This document shows, piece after piece, positions 17,498-26,772 of a DNA stretch of 64,000 bases. The DNA comes from Fidelibacterota bacterium (GTDB lineage: Bacteria > Pseudomonadota > Alphaproteobacteria > Rhodospirillales > Rhodospirillaceae): assembly GCA_945903705.1 (NCBI GenBank), contig CAMDOZ010000003.1:642-64641 (forward strand), written 5' to 3'. The notes below the pieces were generated by a model. It did no database searches, was not told the origin of the DNA, and worked only from the letters and a program-made list of their open reading frames with translations. How positions within the stretch are numbered: the stretch's first letter is position 1; every line of letters starts with the position of its first letter. The position numbers and the translations under genes are program-made.

Positions 17498-18676
17498 CTA
17501 GGCGGCGGCTAGTTCCGCGGCCGACTTTTCGAGAATGGCAGCCGCCGCGTTAACTTCGGCATCGCCGATGATGAGCGGCGGCACCAGACGAACCACGTTG
17601 TCGCCGGCCTGAACGGTCAGGAGTCCATTGGCCATCAAGCGCGCGGCGACTTCACCGTTGGGCGGCACGCACTTGAGTCCAATCATGAGTCCCTTCCCGC
17701 GAACCTCCGCGAACACGGCGGGGTACTTCGCGGCAATCGCTTCCGCGCGCGCCCACAGCTTGGCTGCAACAGCGTTCACCCCATCGAAGAAGCCAGCAGC
17801 AAGCATGATATCCAGCACCGCGTCGGCCGCCGCCATGGCGAGGGGATTCCCGCCGAATGTCGACCCGTGAGACCCGGGCGTCATGAACTGTGCGGCCCGT
17901 TCGGTCGCAAGGCAGGCGCCGACGGGAAAACCACCGCCGAGACCTTTCGCGAGCGCCATGATGTCCGGCTTCACACCGGACCATTCGTAGGCGAAGAGCT
18001 TGCCGGTGCGGCCCATGCCTGTCTGCACTTCGTCGAAGATGAGCAGGAGGCCGAATTCGTCGGCCATGGCGCGGAGGCCTCGGAGGTAGGCGGGATCGCA
18101 GGGCAGGATGCCGCCTTCGCCCTGGACCGGCTCGACCACAACAGCCGCGGTCTCAGGCGTGACGGCGGCGCGGGCTTCGTTGAGATTTCCTAAAGCAACT
18201 TGATCGAAACCTTCGACTTTGGGGGCGAAGCCTTCGAGGTGCTTCTCCTGTCCACCGGCCGCAATCGTGGCCAGCGTACGGCCGTGAAATGCCCCGCGGA
18301 CGGTAATAGTCCTGTGTTTCTCTTTCGCGCCCTGCGCTTGGTGGAAGCGGCGCGCCATCTTCAAGGCGCACTCCATCGCCTCGGCGCCCGAGTTGCAGAA
18401 GAAGACGGTGTCGGCAAAGGAGTTTGCAACGAGTCGCGCGGCCACCTTCTCCTGGCCGGCTACGCGGTAAAGGTTCGAACAGTGCCAGAGCTTGTCGGCC
18501 TGAGCCTTGAGGCTGGCGACCAAGTGAGGGTGGAGATGGCCGAGGCTGTTCACCGCGACGCCGGCGGCGAAATCGAGGAAGCGGCGGCCGTCGGCCGCGA
18601 TGAGCCAGGCGCCTTCGCCGCGCTCGAAAACAATGTCGGTCCGGGCGAACACCGGCATCACTGCGGAAATAGCCAT
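17498..18676 (-). CDS. argD: Acetylornithine aminotransferase (class III PLP aminotransferase)
   Basis: FCNSGAEAMECALKMAR, LIFDEVQTGMGRTGKLFAYEW, synteny with argF. The start is taken at MAISAVMPVF rather than the longer track ORF. Confidence 0.92.
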   Translation of the reverse strand: MAISAVMPVFARTDIVFERGEGAWLIAADGRRFLDFAAGVAVNSLGHLHPHLVASLKAQADKLWHCSNLYRVAGQEKVAARLVANSFADTVFFCNSGAEAMECALKMARRFHQAQGAKEKHRTITVRGAFHGRTLATIAAGGQEKHLEGFAPKVEGFDQVALGNLNEARAAVTPETAAVVVEPVQGEGGILPCDPAYLRGLRAMADEFGLLLIFDEVQTGMGRTGKLFAYEWSGVKPDIMALAKGLGGGFPVGACLATERAAQFMTPGSHGSTFGGNPLAMAAADAVLDIMLAAGFFDGVNAVAAKLWARAEAIAAKYPAVFAEVRGKGLMIGLKCVPPNGEVAARLMANGLLTVQAGDNVVRLVPPLIIGDAEVNAAAAILEKSAAELAAA

Positions 18677-18832
18677 ACGTCGCCCTTTCCCCGGCGATAT
18701 GCGGCCGAGAGAACCTTCCTCCGGCCTAAAAACAAAACGGAAAAAAATAGGGGCGGCCCGAAGACCGCCCGCGCCTTGATTCATACGCCAAACTTCCGGT
18801 TTGTCAACGACTGGACGCGCCCAGGAAAGCGC

Positions 18833-19657
18833 CTAGGCCTTCAATTTGTAGCCGCTGCGGATGACGGCGTAAGTACATACGAGGCCGACAGCGCTGAGCG
18901 CCGCCAAGACGACGACACCGATCATCGGATTGGTCGACGGGTGCCCGAGAAAGCCGTACCGGAAGCCGTCGATATTGTAGAAAAACGGATTGTAGTGGGC
19001 GATGAACTGCGCCCAACCCGGCAACCGCTCGATCGTATAGAAGGTGCCGGATAGAAAAGTCAGCGGCGTGACAACAAAGTTCGTGACCACCGCCATATGA
19101 TCGAACTTGTCCGCCCAAATCCCGGCGAGAACTCCGATCACCGACATGAGCAGACAGCCGGCAACGGCGTGGAAGGCGATCAGCCAGGCATTGTGAATAT
19201 GGATGTCGGCGAAGACGGCCATCACGGCGCCGCAGACGAGGCCAACCGCGAGGCCGCGTGTAATTCCGCCCAGGGTCCAGGCGACCGTCAGTTCGATGGC
19301 GCTCAAGGGCGGCATCAGAACGTCGACGATATTGCCCTGAACCTTTGAAACGAGGATGGACGATGAGGTATTGGCGAAGGCGTTCTGGATCATGGTCATG
19401 ATGACAAGCCCGGGAACCAGGAAATCGCCGAACGGATAGCCGTGCACCAAGCCGCCGTTCCCAAAGGCGAACACCATCACCAGGAGGAACATCAAGCTGG
19501 TGATCACGGGCGCCGCGACGGTCTGAAATACGACCTTCCAGAAGCGCCGGACTTCCTTGAGGTAGAGCTCCCACATGCCGCGCCAGTTGATCGTGCCCAT
19601 GGCGCGCGGCATGGGCGCCGTGAAGGCGCGGGGCTTTTGGGCTAGCTGATCACTCAT
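18833..19657 (-). CDS. ABC-2 type transporter permease (YadH-like), no adjacent ATPase
   Basis: Six hydrophobic segments. Clear paralogue of the permease at 41848-42636 (both end in GY(K/R)LK). The start could be 19669. Confidence 0.85.
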   Translation of the reverse strand: MSDQLAQKPRAFTAPMPRAMGTINWRGMWELYLKEVRRFWKVVFQTVAAPVITSLMFLLVMVFAFGNGGLVHGYPFGDFLVPGLVIMTMIQNAFANTSSSILVSKVQGNIVDVLMPPLSAIELTVAWTLGGITRGLAVGLVCGAVMAVFADIHIHNAWLIAFHAVAGCLLMSVIGVLAGIWADKFDHMAVVTNFVVTPLTFLSGTFYTIERLPGWAQFIAHYNPFFYNIDGFRYGFLGHPSTNPMIGVVVLAALSAVGLVCTYAVIRSGYKLKA

Positions 19658-19695
19658 TGCCGTCCTCATTCGTTCAGCGCCATGATGCCTTGCCT

Positions 19696-20268
19696 ATGAC
19701 GGAACCACAACGCCCCGCTCGAAAGCGCCCCGCTGGCCCGCGCAAGATGACGCTCTCGCGCTTGGAGAACATTGCGCGCTACTACATCGAGCGCTTTGCC
19801 ACGACGTCGGCTCACCTGCGCAGGGTCCTTGTGCGGCGGGCCGAACGCGCACGGCGCGTGCATGGCGGCGACCTCTCGGAGATCGCCGGATGGATCGATC
19901 AGGTGGTCGAGCGCCTTGTGCGTCTAAGTCTGGTCGACGATGCAAGGTATGCGGCGGACCGCGTGGCCTCGTTGCGGCGGCTTGGGCGAGGCCCCGGTCG
20001 CATCCGCGCACTCCTCGCGGCGAAAGGCGTACCGCGCGCCATGATCGAGCGCATTTTGCAGGAAACGTCCGAAGACTCATCCGGCGAAGATGCGAGCCTC
20101 GCCGCGGCCGTGGCCTACGTCAAACGCCGACGCTTCGGGGCGTTCGGGAAACCGCCCGCCGACAAGCTCGAGCGCGCTAAGAAGCAGGCACGGGAACTCG
20201 GCGCTCTCGGCCGAGCGGGCTTTTCCTTCGCTGTTGCGCGCCGCGCGCTCGCGAGCGAGCCCGACTAG
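19696..20268 (+). CDS. recX: RecX family regulatory protein
   Basis: Helical repeats with LENIARYYIERFATTSAHLRRVL and VDDARYAADRVASLRRLGRGPGRIRALLAAKGV. Start uncertain (19657 or 19696). Confidence 0.8.
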   Translation: MTEPQRPARKRPAGPRKMTLSRLENIARYYIERFATTSAHLRRVLVRRAERARRVHGGDLSEIAGWIDQVVERLVRLSLVDDARYAADRVASLRRLGRGPGRIRALLAAKGVPRAMIERILQETSEDSSGEDASLAAAVAYVKRRRFGAFGKPPADKLERAKKQARELGALGRAGFSFAVARRALASEPD

Positions 20269-20270
20269 AT

Positions 20271-20792
20271 TCAGCGACGCAAGGCGAGGACCTCGTTCTC
20301 CGAACGCACGCGCACATAGAGAGCGGCCGCGTTCAAGATCGAAAAAAGTGCTGCGACCGTCCAGGCACCGAAGACAAGCGGCAACACCGCGATCTCCAGC
20401 ACGACAACGAGATAGTTCGGGTGACGGAGGAAGCGGTACGGACCGCGCCGAATGAGGGGAGCATCAGGCAGCGTGATGATCCGCGTCGTCCAATACGGCC
20501 CCAAGGCCCACAGGATCCAGAGTCGCGCAGCCTGAAGACCTACGAATACCATAAGAAGCGGAAGACTGATGCGCAGCGCATGCATCGCCACCCACGCCGT
20601 CAGGGCGATCAGCCAGCCGGCATGGAGCAGAACGATAAAGGGATAGTGTGACGCTCCCACCTCGACCGCGCCCCGGGCTTTGAGCTCGCGCGTATTACGA
20701 TTGGCGATCACCAACTCCCCGAGGCGCTGACCTGCGACCAGGCCGAGGATGGCATAGGCAAACCAATGCGGAACGGCGATGGTTCCCATCAT
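20271..20792 (-). CDS. Isoprenylcysteine carboxyl methyltransferase (ICMT)-family membrane methyltransferase
   Basis: Multi-TM. Motif RRGPYRFLRHPNYLVVVLEIAVLPLVFGAW. Starts 4 nt after the type III PKS stop. Confidence 0.85.
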   Translation of the reverse strand: MMGTIAVPHWFAYAILGLVAGQRLGELVIANRNTRELKARGAVEVGASHYPFIVLLHAGWLIALTAWVAMHALRISLPLLMVFVGLQAARLWILWALGPYWTTRIITLPDAPLIRRGPYRFLRHPNYLVVVLEIAVLPLVFGAWTVAALFSILNAAALYVRVRSENEVLALRR

Positions 20793-20796
20793 GGAC

Positions 20797-21915
20797 TCAG
20801 CCGAGGTCCAAAAGGCACATGGCCGCCGAAAAGCCGGGGCCCAGCGCCGTCATCATCTGCAAACCACGCTCCTTCGCCGCAAGTGTGCGTTCGAGCACGG
20901 CGAGGACCGTGACAGCCGACATATTGCCCCGTTCCGCAAGAACCGCGCGCGCATGGCCCAGGCTTCCGGGCGCGAGATCGTAAGCACCTTCGAGCGCTTC
21001 AAGCACCTTCTCCCCGCCCGGGTGAACGATGAGTCCACGAAGATCCTTCTGCGCGAGGCCGCATCTGCCGAGGAACGCGTCAGTGACCGGCCGAAGCTGG
21101 GTGCGCACGAGGTGCGGGATGCTGCGCGAAAAGATGACGCCAAGGCCGTCGTCTTCCACCCGCCAGCCCATGATGTCGCGGGTTTCCGGCCATGTGTATT
21201 CGCCCCACGCGCAGACGCGCGCCAGCGAGGGCGCATCGTCACCGGCGCCGTCCGCACGCAGCAGAACGGCCGCGGCCCCGTCGCCGAAGATCGCCGTGGC
21301 GACGATGTTCTGCTTGCTGTCATCGGCTGACCGAAAGGTGAGTCCGCACAGCTCGACGCAAAGGAAGAGAATCCAGCGGCCGGGCATCGCCCGCGCCAAA
21401 GCCGATGCGCGCGCGAGGCCGATCACGCCGCCGGCGCAACCGAGCCCGAAGACCGGGAGCCTTTCGACCGTGGGCGAAAGCCCAAGGGGCCCTTGCAGGA
21501 GCGAATCAAGGCTGGGTGTGGCGATGCCTGTCGAGGAGACGGTGACCGTCGCAGCGATATCCTTCCCGGAAACTCCGGCCGCACGCAGAACGTCCCGCCC
21601 CGCCCCCGTCAGCAGGCGAAGCGCGTGCTCTTCATAGAGCCGGGTGCGTTCCGGCCAACCGTGCGGTTCGCTGTACCATGAGAGTGGAACGCAGGAATAA
21701 CGCGTGCGAACACCTGCGTTTCCGTAGGCCGAGGCCATACGCTGCATGAGATCCGGGTTATGGCCGAAAATGCGCCCTGCCGCCTCGAGGGCATCCTGCT
21801 GCGTGAAGCAGTAGGGCGGGTAGGCCGTGGCCACGGCGGCGACATGCACGGGCGGCTGGCCGGCCTGCGTGGTCGGGCGGCTCAGGGGAAGCGTCGTGTT
21901 CGATGCGATGAGCAT
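20797..21915 (-). CDS. Type III polyketide synthase (chalcone synthase superfamily)
   Basis: Cys-His-Asn triad contexts: FGLGCAGGV, IVHPGGEKVLEAL, RGNMSAVTVL. C-terminal GPGFSA. Confidence 0.92.
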   Translation of the reverse strand: MLIASNTTLPLSRPTTQAGQPPVHVAAVATAYPPYCFTQQDALEAAGRIFGHNPDLMQRMASAYGNAGVRTRYSCVPLSWYSEPHGWPERTRLYEEHALRLLTGAGRDVLRAAGVSGKDIAATVTVSSTGIATPSLDSLLQGPLGLSPTVERLPVFGLGCAGGVIGLARASALARAMPGRWILFLCVELCGLTFRSADDSKQNIVATAIFGDGAAAVLLRADGAGDDAPSLARVCAWGEYTWPETRDIMGWRVEDDGLGVIFSRSIPHLVRTQLRPVTDAFLGRCGLAQKDLRGLIVHPGGEKVLEALEGAYDLAPGSLGHARAVLAERGNMSAVTVLAVLERTLAAKERGLQMMTALGPGFSAAMCLLDLG

Positions 21916-21921
21916 AGGTGT

Positions 21922-22386
21922 TCAATGCTTCGAGATATCTTTGGTTCCGGCGGGCAAGGCACAGGGCACAGCGGGCACGGCCGGATCGATCGGAAGATCA
22001 CATGCAAGGGCTTGATGTTGCAGGACGGGCTTTAGGCGCCCGGTCAGAAAATTCACGAGACCCGACGCGCCTTCGGTAGCGCAAAAGCTCCAGCTTAGAA
22101 ACGGTCCGTCGTTCGGGGCGAAATCCACGATCTCGGGCGTGGCCGCCAAAAGACGCACCGCGGCGCCCAGGTCGGTTGAAAAGCCTGCCCGCAGCCATTG
22201 CGGACGCACGCCGAGATGCCACAGCAGATACAGACCGGGCTGTCTTGCAAGCTCGCGGGAATCGAAGTGCATCAGGCGCGGATAGTTTCCGCCCGCGGGG
22301 CTCCAAACCATCGCCGTGCCTTTGTCCCGCGCGGGTGCGAGCGCGCCGGCGAACCGCTTGAAGACGCCCGGCACTTTGTCCTTCAT
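21922..22386 (-). CDS. Hypothetical 154-aa protein, translationally coupled within the PKS operon
   Basis: ATGA overlap with the upstream PAP2 stop. Stops 6 nt before the PKS start. No motif I can name with confidence. Confidence 0.6.
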   Translation of the reverse strand: MKDKVPGVFKRFAGALAPARDKGTAMVWSPAGGNYPRLMHFDSRELARQPGLYLLWHLGVRPQWLRAGFSTDLGAAVRLLAATPEIVDFAPNDGPFLSWSFCATEGASGLVNFLTGRLKPVLQHQALACDLPIDPAVPAVPCALPAGTKDISKH

Positions 22387-23069
22387 GGGGTGCGAGCCTC
22401 CGCGGGCCGCAGCAGAAGCCGCGCCAGCAGCGTATTCACGATCAGGATGAAAGCGCCTGCGAATACGACATCGCTGAGGAAATGCGCACCTTGTATGACG
22501 CGCACGAGACCCACAGCACCTCCGCACACAAGACCCGCCAAGACACCGCGCCGGCGCCATTCGGGCGGGAGCAGGAAGCCATAAGCGGTCATCCAGAAGG
22601 CAAGAGCGGCGTGGCCGGAAACGAATGCGCAATTGTGCGAGCATTCCTGCGCGATCCACCCCGGCGGCGTAAAGGCGGCCTCTCCGCCGAAGAAAACCGT
22701 GTCGTTCGGACGCGCACGTCCCCAATGGGACTTGAGGAACGTCTCGACGAGGAGGCCGGGCCCGACGACGAGGGTGGCGAGGAGATAGGCCATGTTCCGG
22801 GTCGTCATCTCGAGGAAGGACTGCCGGAACAGCAGGCCCGCGATCCACAGGAGAAGGCAGAATGCGAACGTGCCGATGATGATGACGGGCACCGCTTCGC
22901 GCACGAAGCCGAGGAATATGCCCCGGTCCCAGAAGAAGCCGTCACCCTCGGCGTAAAACAATCGGCTGAAGGCCAGGTCGAGGCCTGGGACAAACATCAA
23001 GAGGCAGAGCGCGGCCATCGCCCAGCGCTCCGGGTGCTCGCGCACGTCGCGCGCTATGCGTTCCACCAT
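22383..23069 (-). CDS. PAP2-family membrane phosphatase (lipid phosphatase type)
   Basis: PAP2 motifs KSHWGRARP, SGHAA, VIQGAHFLSDVV. Multiple TM segments. Start taken at MVERIARD. Confidence 0.85.
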   Translation of the reverse strand: MVERIARDVREHPERWAMAALCLLMFVPGLDLAFSRLFYAEGDGFFWDRGIFLGFVREAVPVIIIGTFAFCLLLWIAGLLFRQSFLEMTTRNMAYLLATLVVGPGLLVETFLKSHWGRARPNDTVFFGGEAAFTPPGWIAQECSHNCAFVSGHAALAFWMTAYGFLLPPEWRRRGVLAGLVCGGAVGLVRVIQGAHFLSDVVFAGAFILIVNTLLARLLLRPAEARTP

Positions 23070-23071
23070 CG

Positions 23072-24178
23072 TCAGCCGTCCTCGCGATGGAAGAGATAGG
23101 CAAGCCCCAGCAGCCCGGCGACAGCCGTCGGCGCCCAGGCGGCAAGCCCCAACGGCAGCGTCGCGGAGAGACCGAGCGCGTAGGTGAAGCGGCTGAAGAA
23201 GTAGAACAAGAACCCCGTGGCCACGCCGGCAATTCCTCGCGCCGTCCATCCGGCGAGCCGTGCATTGGAGGTGAGAAAAAACACCGAGGCGACCAGCACC
23301 ATCGCGCAAAGGAGGAAGGGCGTGGCCAGAAGCGAATGCCAGTAAAGCCGATGCGGCAGAGCCGAAAAGCCGGAGCTGCGCGAGAAGCGAATGAATTCCG
23401 GCAGCTCCCAGAACGAAAGCGTTTCCGGAGGTGCAAAACTGCTCTCCACCTGTTCAAAGGTCAGCGCCGTCGGGAGATCCAGCGAATCGCGAAACACGGA
23501 CGGACGGCCCGGTTCCATATCCCAGACATTCTGCAGATGGAATTGGCCGCCGACGAGCTGACCACCCTCTGCATTGTACCGGCCCTCCAGTTTCTCGCTG
23601 GTGTCCGTTCTGAAGATCGAGACATCCGTGAGATGCAGCGTTCCGCCGTCCTGACGTACCGTGGCCGAGTGCACGACAATGCCGCGGTTGTCGCGCTCCT
23701 CCCGCAGCCACAGGCCCGCTTTCCCAATATTGAGGCTCGCCGCGTTCTTACGCAGCAGGCTCTGGTCCATGCGCTGGTAGCTCTCGTACATGGTCGCCGC
23801 CAGGGGATCGACGGCGGTGAGGTTTACGACACCAAGGAGGCCGGCCAAAACGAGAGCCGGCGCCAGGAACTGCCAGACCGACACTCCTGCCGACCGCATG
23901 ACGACCAGCTCGTGGCTGCGCGACAATCGGAACAGGGCAAACATCATCGCGATCATGACGGTGAAGGGCAGCACCGCCTGCACGGTATGGGGCATCTTCA
24001 GGAGCGCCATGCCGATGACCGTGCTGAAGGCGAGATTTTCGTCGCCGACGGCACGGCGCATCAGCTCGATAGTGTCGAATAAGAGAATGAGCCCCGAGAT
24101 CACGGCCAACAGGCCGAGAAAGGACAGGATGAAATGCTGGCCGAGATATAAGGAGAGCGTGGGCGCGACGCGGTTCAC
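23072..24178 (-). CDS. lptG: LptF/LptG (YjgP/YjgQ) family permease
   Basis: 368 aa. N-terminal LSLYLGQHFILSFLGLLAVISGLILLFD, a central periplasmic beta-jellyroll-size domain and C-terminal TM segments. No partner lptF is adjacent. The F versus G assignment is tentative. Confidence 0.8.
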   Translation of the reverse strand: MNRVAPTLSLYLGQHFILSFLGLLAVISGLILLFDTIELMRRAVGDENLAFSTVIGMALLKMPHTVQAVLPFTVMIAMMFALFRLSRSHELVVMRSAGVSVWQFLAPALVLAGLLGVVNLTAVDPLAATMYESYQRMDQSLLRKNAASLNIGKAGLWLREERDNRGIVVHSATVRQDGGTLHLTDVSIFRTDTSEKLEGRYNAEGGQLVGGQFHLQNVWDMEPGRPSVFRDSLDLPTALTFEQVESSFAPPETLSFWELPEFIRFSRSSGFSALPHRLYWHSLLATPFLLCAMVLVASVFFLTSNARLAGWTARGIAGVATGFLFYFFSRFTYALGLSATLPLGLAAWAPTAVAGLLGLAYLFHREDG

Positions 24179-24265
24179 GGCCTATGCCTATTTGGGTTGC
24201 GCGCCTTCGCGCGCTAGCTTTTTCCGAGGCGCGGAGCGTAACATCGGGCACTTCATGGGGGAACC

Positions 24266-24841
24266 GTGGTCAAGCTGACAAAGATCTACACCCGTGGCGG
24301 CGACAAGGGCGAAACCTCTCTTGGGGACGGCTCGCGTGTGAAGAAACACGATCCGAGGGTAGCGACCTACGGCACCGTCGATGAAGCCAACGCCGCGCTG
24401 GGCGTGGCGCGGCTTCATTGTGTCCAGCAGGCCGATATCGACGCAATGCTGTCCCGCATCCAGAACGACCTGTTCGATCTTGGCGCCGATCTCTGTACGC
24501 CGCTCGTGAAAGATGAGGCCCCAGGCAAGGCGCTGCGGATCGTGCAGGCGCAGGTTGACCGGCTCGAGCGCGAGATCGACGCCATGAACGCAAACCTTGC
24601 GCCGCTCACGTCATTTGTCCTGCCGGGCGGAGCGCCCGCGGCAGCGGCGCTGCATGTGGCGCGCACGATCGTGCGCCGCGCCGAGCGCGACATCACCGCG
24701 CTTGCGGTGCATGAGGCGGTCAATCCGATGGCCCTCATGTATACCAATCGTCTGTCTGACCATCTGTTCGTGCTGTCGCGCCGTATCAACGCCCGGGAGG
24801 GCGGCGACGTCCTATGGGTGCCCGGCGCAAACCGGGGCTAG
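24266..24841 (+). CDS. PduO-type ATP:cob(I)alamin adenosyltransferase
   Basis: N-terminal KIYTRGGDKGETSL and TYGTVDEANAALGVAR. GTG start. Confidence 0.9.
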   Translation: MVKLTKIYTRGGDKGETSLGDGSRVKKHDPRVATYGTVDEANAALGVARLHCVQQADIDAMLSRIQNDLFDLGADLCTPLVKDEAPGKALRIVQAQVDRLEREIDAMNANLAPLTSFVLPGGAPAAAALHVARTIVRRAERDITALAVHEAVNPMALMYTNRLSDHLFVLSRRINAREGGDVLWVPGANRG

Positions 24842-25032
24842 GCGCGCGCACGGCGGCGCATTTGATGATGCTGCGGTGCAGCATAAATTCGTTTGACAGC
24901 TCGCAGGCCACGAACTAGTTGTGTTGCCCTTTCCAAACTGAAAAAACATGTAAGCCGGCCTAATAGAGCGCCCGCTGAACACCATTCGAACGCTTTCCGG
25001 GCCAGAGATTTTCGGGGGAATAGGTTCAAACC

Positions 25033-25785
25033 ATGAAGATACTCGTCGCTATCAAACGTGTGGTCGATTTCAACGTCAAAGTCCGGGTCAAGGCGGACAA
25101 GACGGGTGTCGAGTTGGCCAACGTCAAAATGTCGATGAACCCTTTCGACGAAATCGCCGTCGAAGAAGCCGTGCGCCTCAAGGAGGCCGGTAAGGCCACC
25201 GAAATCATCATTGTCAGCATTGGACCAGCCGCCGCGCAGGAAACCATCCGGACGGCGCTGGCGATGGGCGGGGACCGCGGCATCCTGGTGCAAACCGACG
25301 CCGAGGTTCAGCCTTTGGCCGTCGCGAAAGTGTTGAAGGCGCTTGCCGCCAAAGAAAATCCCAATCTTATCGTGCTCGGCAAACAAGCCATCGACGACGA
25401 TTCTAATCAGGTCGGGCAGATGCTCGCAGCACTCCTCGGCTGGCCGCAGGGGACCTTCGCCTCGAAAGTCGTCGTTGAAGGCGATGGCGTCGCCGTCACG
25501 CGTGAAGTGGATGGCGGCCTCGAGACCATCAGCCTCAAACTTCCCGCGGTGGTCACGACGGACTTGCGCCTCAATGAGCCGCGTTATGCCTCGTTGCCGA
25601 ACATCATGAAGGCAAAGAAGAAGACCATCGATACGATGGCGCCCGATGCACTTGGCGTCGATGTCGCCCCGCGCCTGGCTACTCTCAAGGTGGAGGAGCC
25701 ACCGAAACGCCAAGGCGGCGTGAAAGTCGCCGACGTGGCGGCTCTCGTCGACAAACTCCGTAATGAAGCGAAGGTGATCGGATGA
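25033..25785 (+). CDS. etfB: Electron transfer flavoprotein subunit beta
   Basis: [20 protein letters not shown]...[16 protein letters not shown]. Confidence 0.95.
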   Translation: MKILVAIKRVVDFNVKVRVKADKTGVELANVKMSMNPFDEIAVEEAVRLKEAGKATEIIIVSIGPAAAQETIRTALAMGGDRGILVQTDAEVQPLAVAKVLKALAAKENPNLIVLGKQAIDDDSNQVGQMLAALLGWPQGTFASKVVVEGDGVAVTREVDGGLETISLKLPAVVTTDLRLNEPRYASLPNIMKAKKKTIDTMAPDALGVDVAPRLATLKVEEPPKRQGGVKVADVAALVDKLRNEAKVIG

Positions 25786-26711
25786 CCTCCCTCGTTCTTG
25801 CCGACCACGACAATGCCAGCCTCAAGGCGGCGACCTTAAGCGCCGTCACGGCCGCGCAGCAGATGGGCGGCGATATACATATCCTGGTGGCAGGCCAGGG
25901 GTGCGGCGCTGTGGCCCAGGCCGCTTCAAAGATTCCGGGGGTAGCGAAGGTGCTCATCGCCGATGCGGCGCCGTACGCGCACGCGCTGGCCGAGCCGCTT
26001 GCTGCGCTGATCGTGAGCCTCGCGGGCCCGTACAGCCATCTCGTCGCGCCGGCGACGAGTTCGGGCAAGAACGTCATGCCTCGCGTCGCCGCTCTCCTGG
26101 ACGTGGCGCAGATTTCTGACATCTCGGCGGTTACATCGGCCGACACGTTTGTGCGCCCGATCTACGCCGGCAATGCGCTGGCGACCGTGCAGTCCAAGGA
26201 CGCCAAGAAGGTCGTAACCGTCCGCGGCTCGACCTTCGACAAAGCCAAGGCCGAGGGTGGTTCAGCCGCCATCGAAAATGCGAATCCGGCCGCCGATCCC
26301 GGCATCTCCTCCTTCGTCAGTCAGGCGCTTTCTAAGTCCGAACGTCCGGAACTGACGTCGGCGCGCATCGTCGTCTCCGGCGGCCGCGGCATGGGCTCGG
26401 GCGAGAACTTCAAGATCATCGAAGCGCTGGCCGACACGCTGGGCGCCGGCGTGGGCGCCTCGCGCGCCGCAGTCGATGCAGGCTACGTTCCCAACGACTA
26501 TCAGGTGGGCCAGACCGGCAAGATCGTGGCGCCCGAGCTTTACATTGCCGTCGGCATTTCCGGAGCAATCCAACATCTGGCGGGCATGAAAGATTCCAAG
26601 GTGATCGTCGCGATCAACAAGGATCCTGAAGCGCCGATTTTCCAGGTCGCGGACTACGGCCTCGTGGGTGATCTGTTCCAGATCATGCCTGAGCTGACCA
26701 AGTCGATCTAG
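25782..26711 (+). CDS. etfA: Electron transfer flavoprotein subunit alpha
   Basis: ATGA overlap with etfB. FAD-binding C-terminal region: [28 protein letters not shown]. Confidence 0.95.
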   Translation: MTSLVLADHDNASLKAATLSAVTAAQQMGGDIHILVAGQGCGAVAQAASKIPGVAKVLIADAAPYAHALAEPLAALIVSLAGPYSHLVAPATSSGKNVMPRVAALLDVAQISDISAVTSADTFVRPIYAGNALATVQSKDAKKVVTVRGSTFDKAKAEGGSAAIENANPAADPGISSFVSQALSKSERPELTSARIVVSGGRGMGSGENFKIIEALADTLGAGVGASRAAVDAGYVPNDYQVGQTGKIVAPELYIAVGISGAIQHLAGMKDSKVIVAINKDPEAPIFQVADYGLVGDLFQIMPELTKSI

Positions 26712-26772
26712 CCGCACGCGGACCTCCACGAGGCTGCGCGTCCTTTTTTAGTTGGGTTGCAGGACGGATACG

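Noticed and set aside
24838-25713. Long antisense ORFs opposite well-supported genes. Examples: 24838-25713 opposite etfB, 30645-31883 opposite argH, 33900-35777 opposite the TIGR02302-like gene, 42636-43613 opposite the ABC ATPase, 44215-45474 opposite tex, 48003-49106 opposite nrdJ, 55883-56998 opposite kefB, 57851-58684 opposite metY, 61995-63731 opposite the CheR-kinase.
   Set aside because: Their translations are Arg/Gly/Ala/Pro-rich with no motifs, as expected for stop-poor alternative frames of high-GC coding DNA. The opposite-strand genes have unambiguous family signatures.
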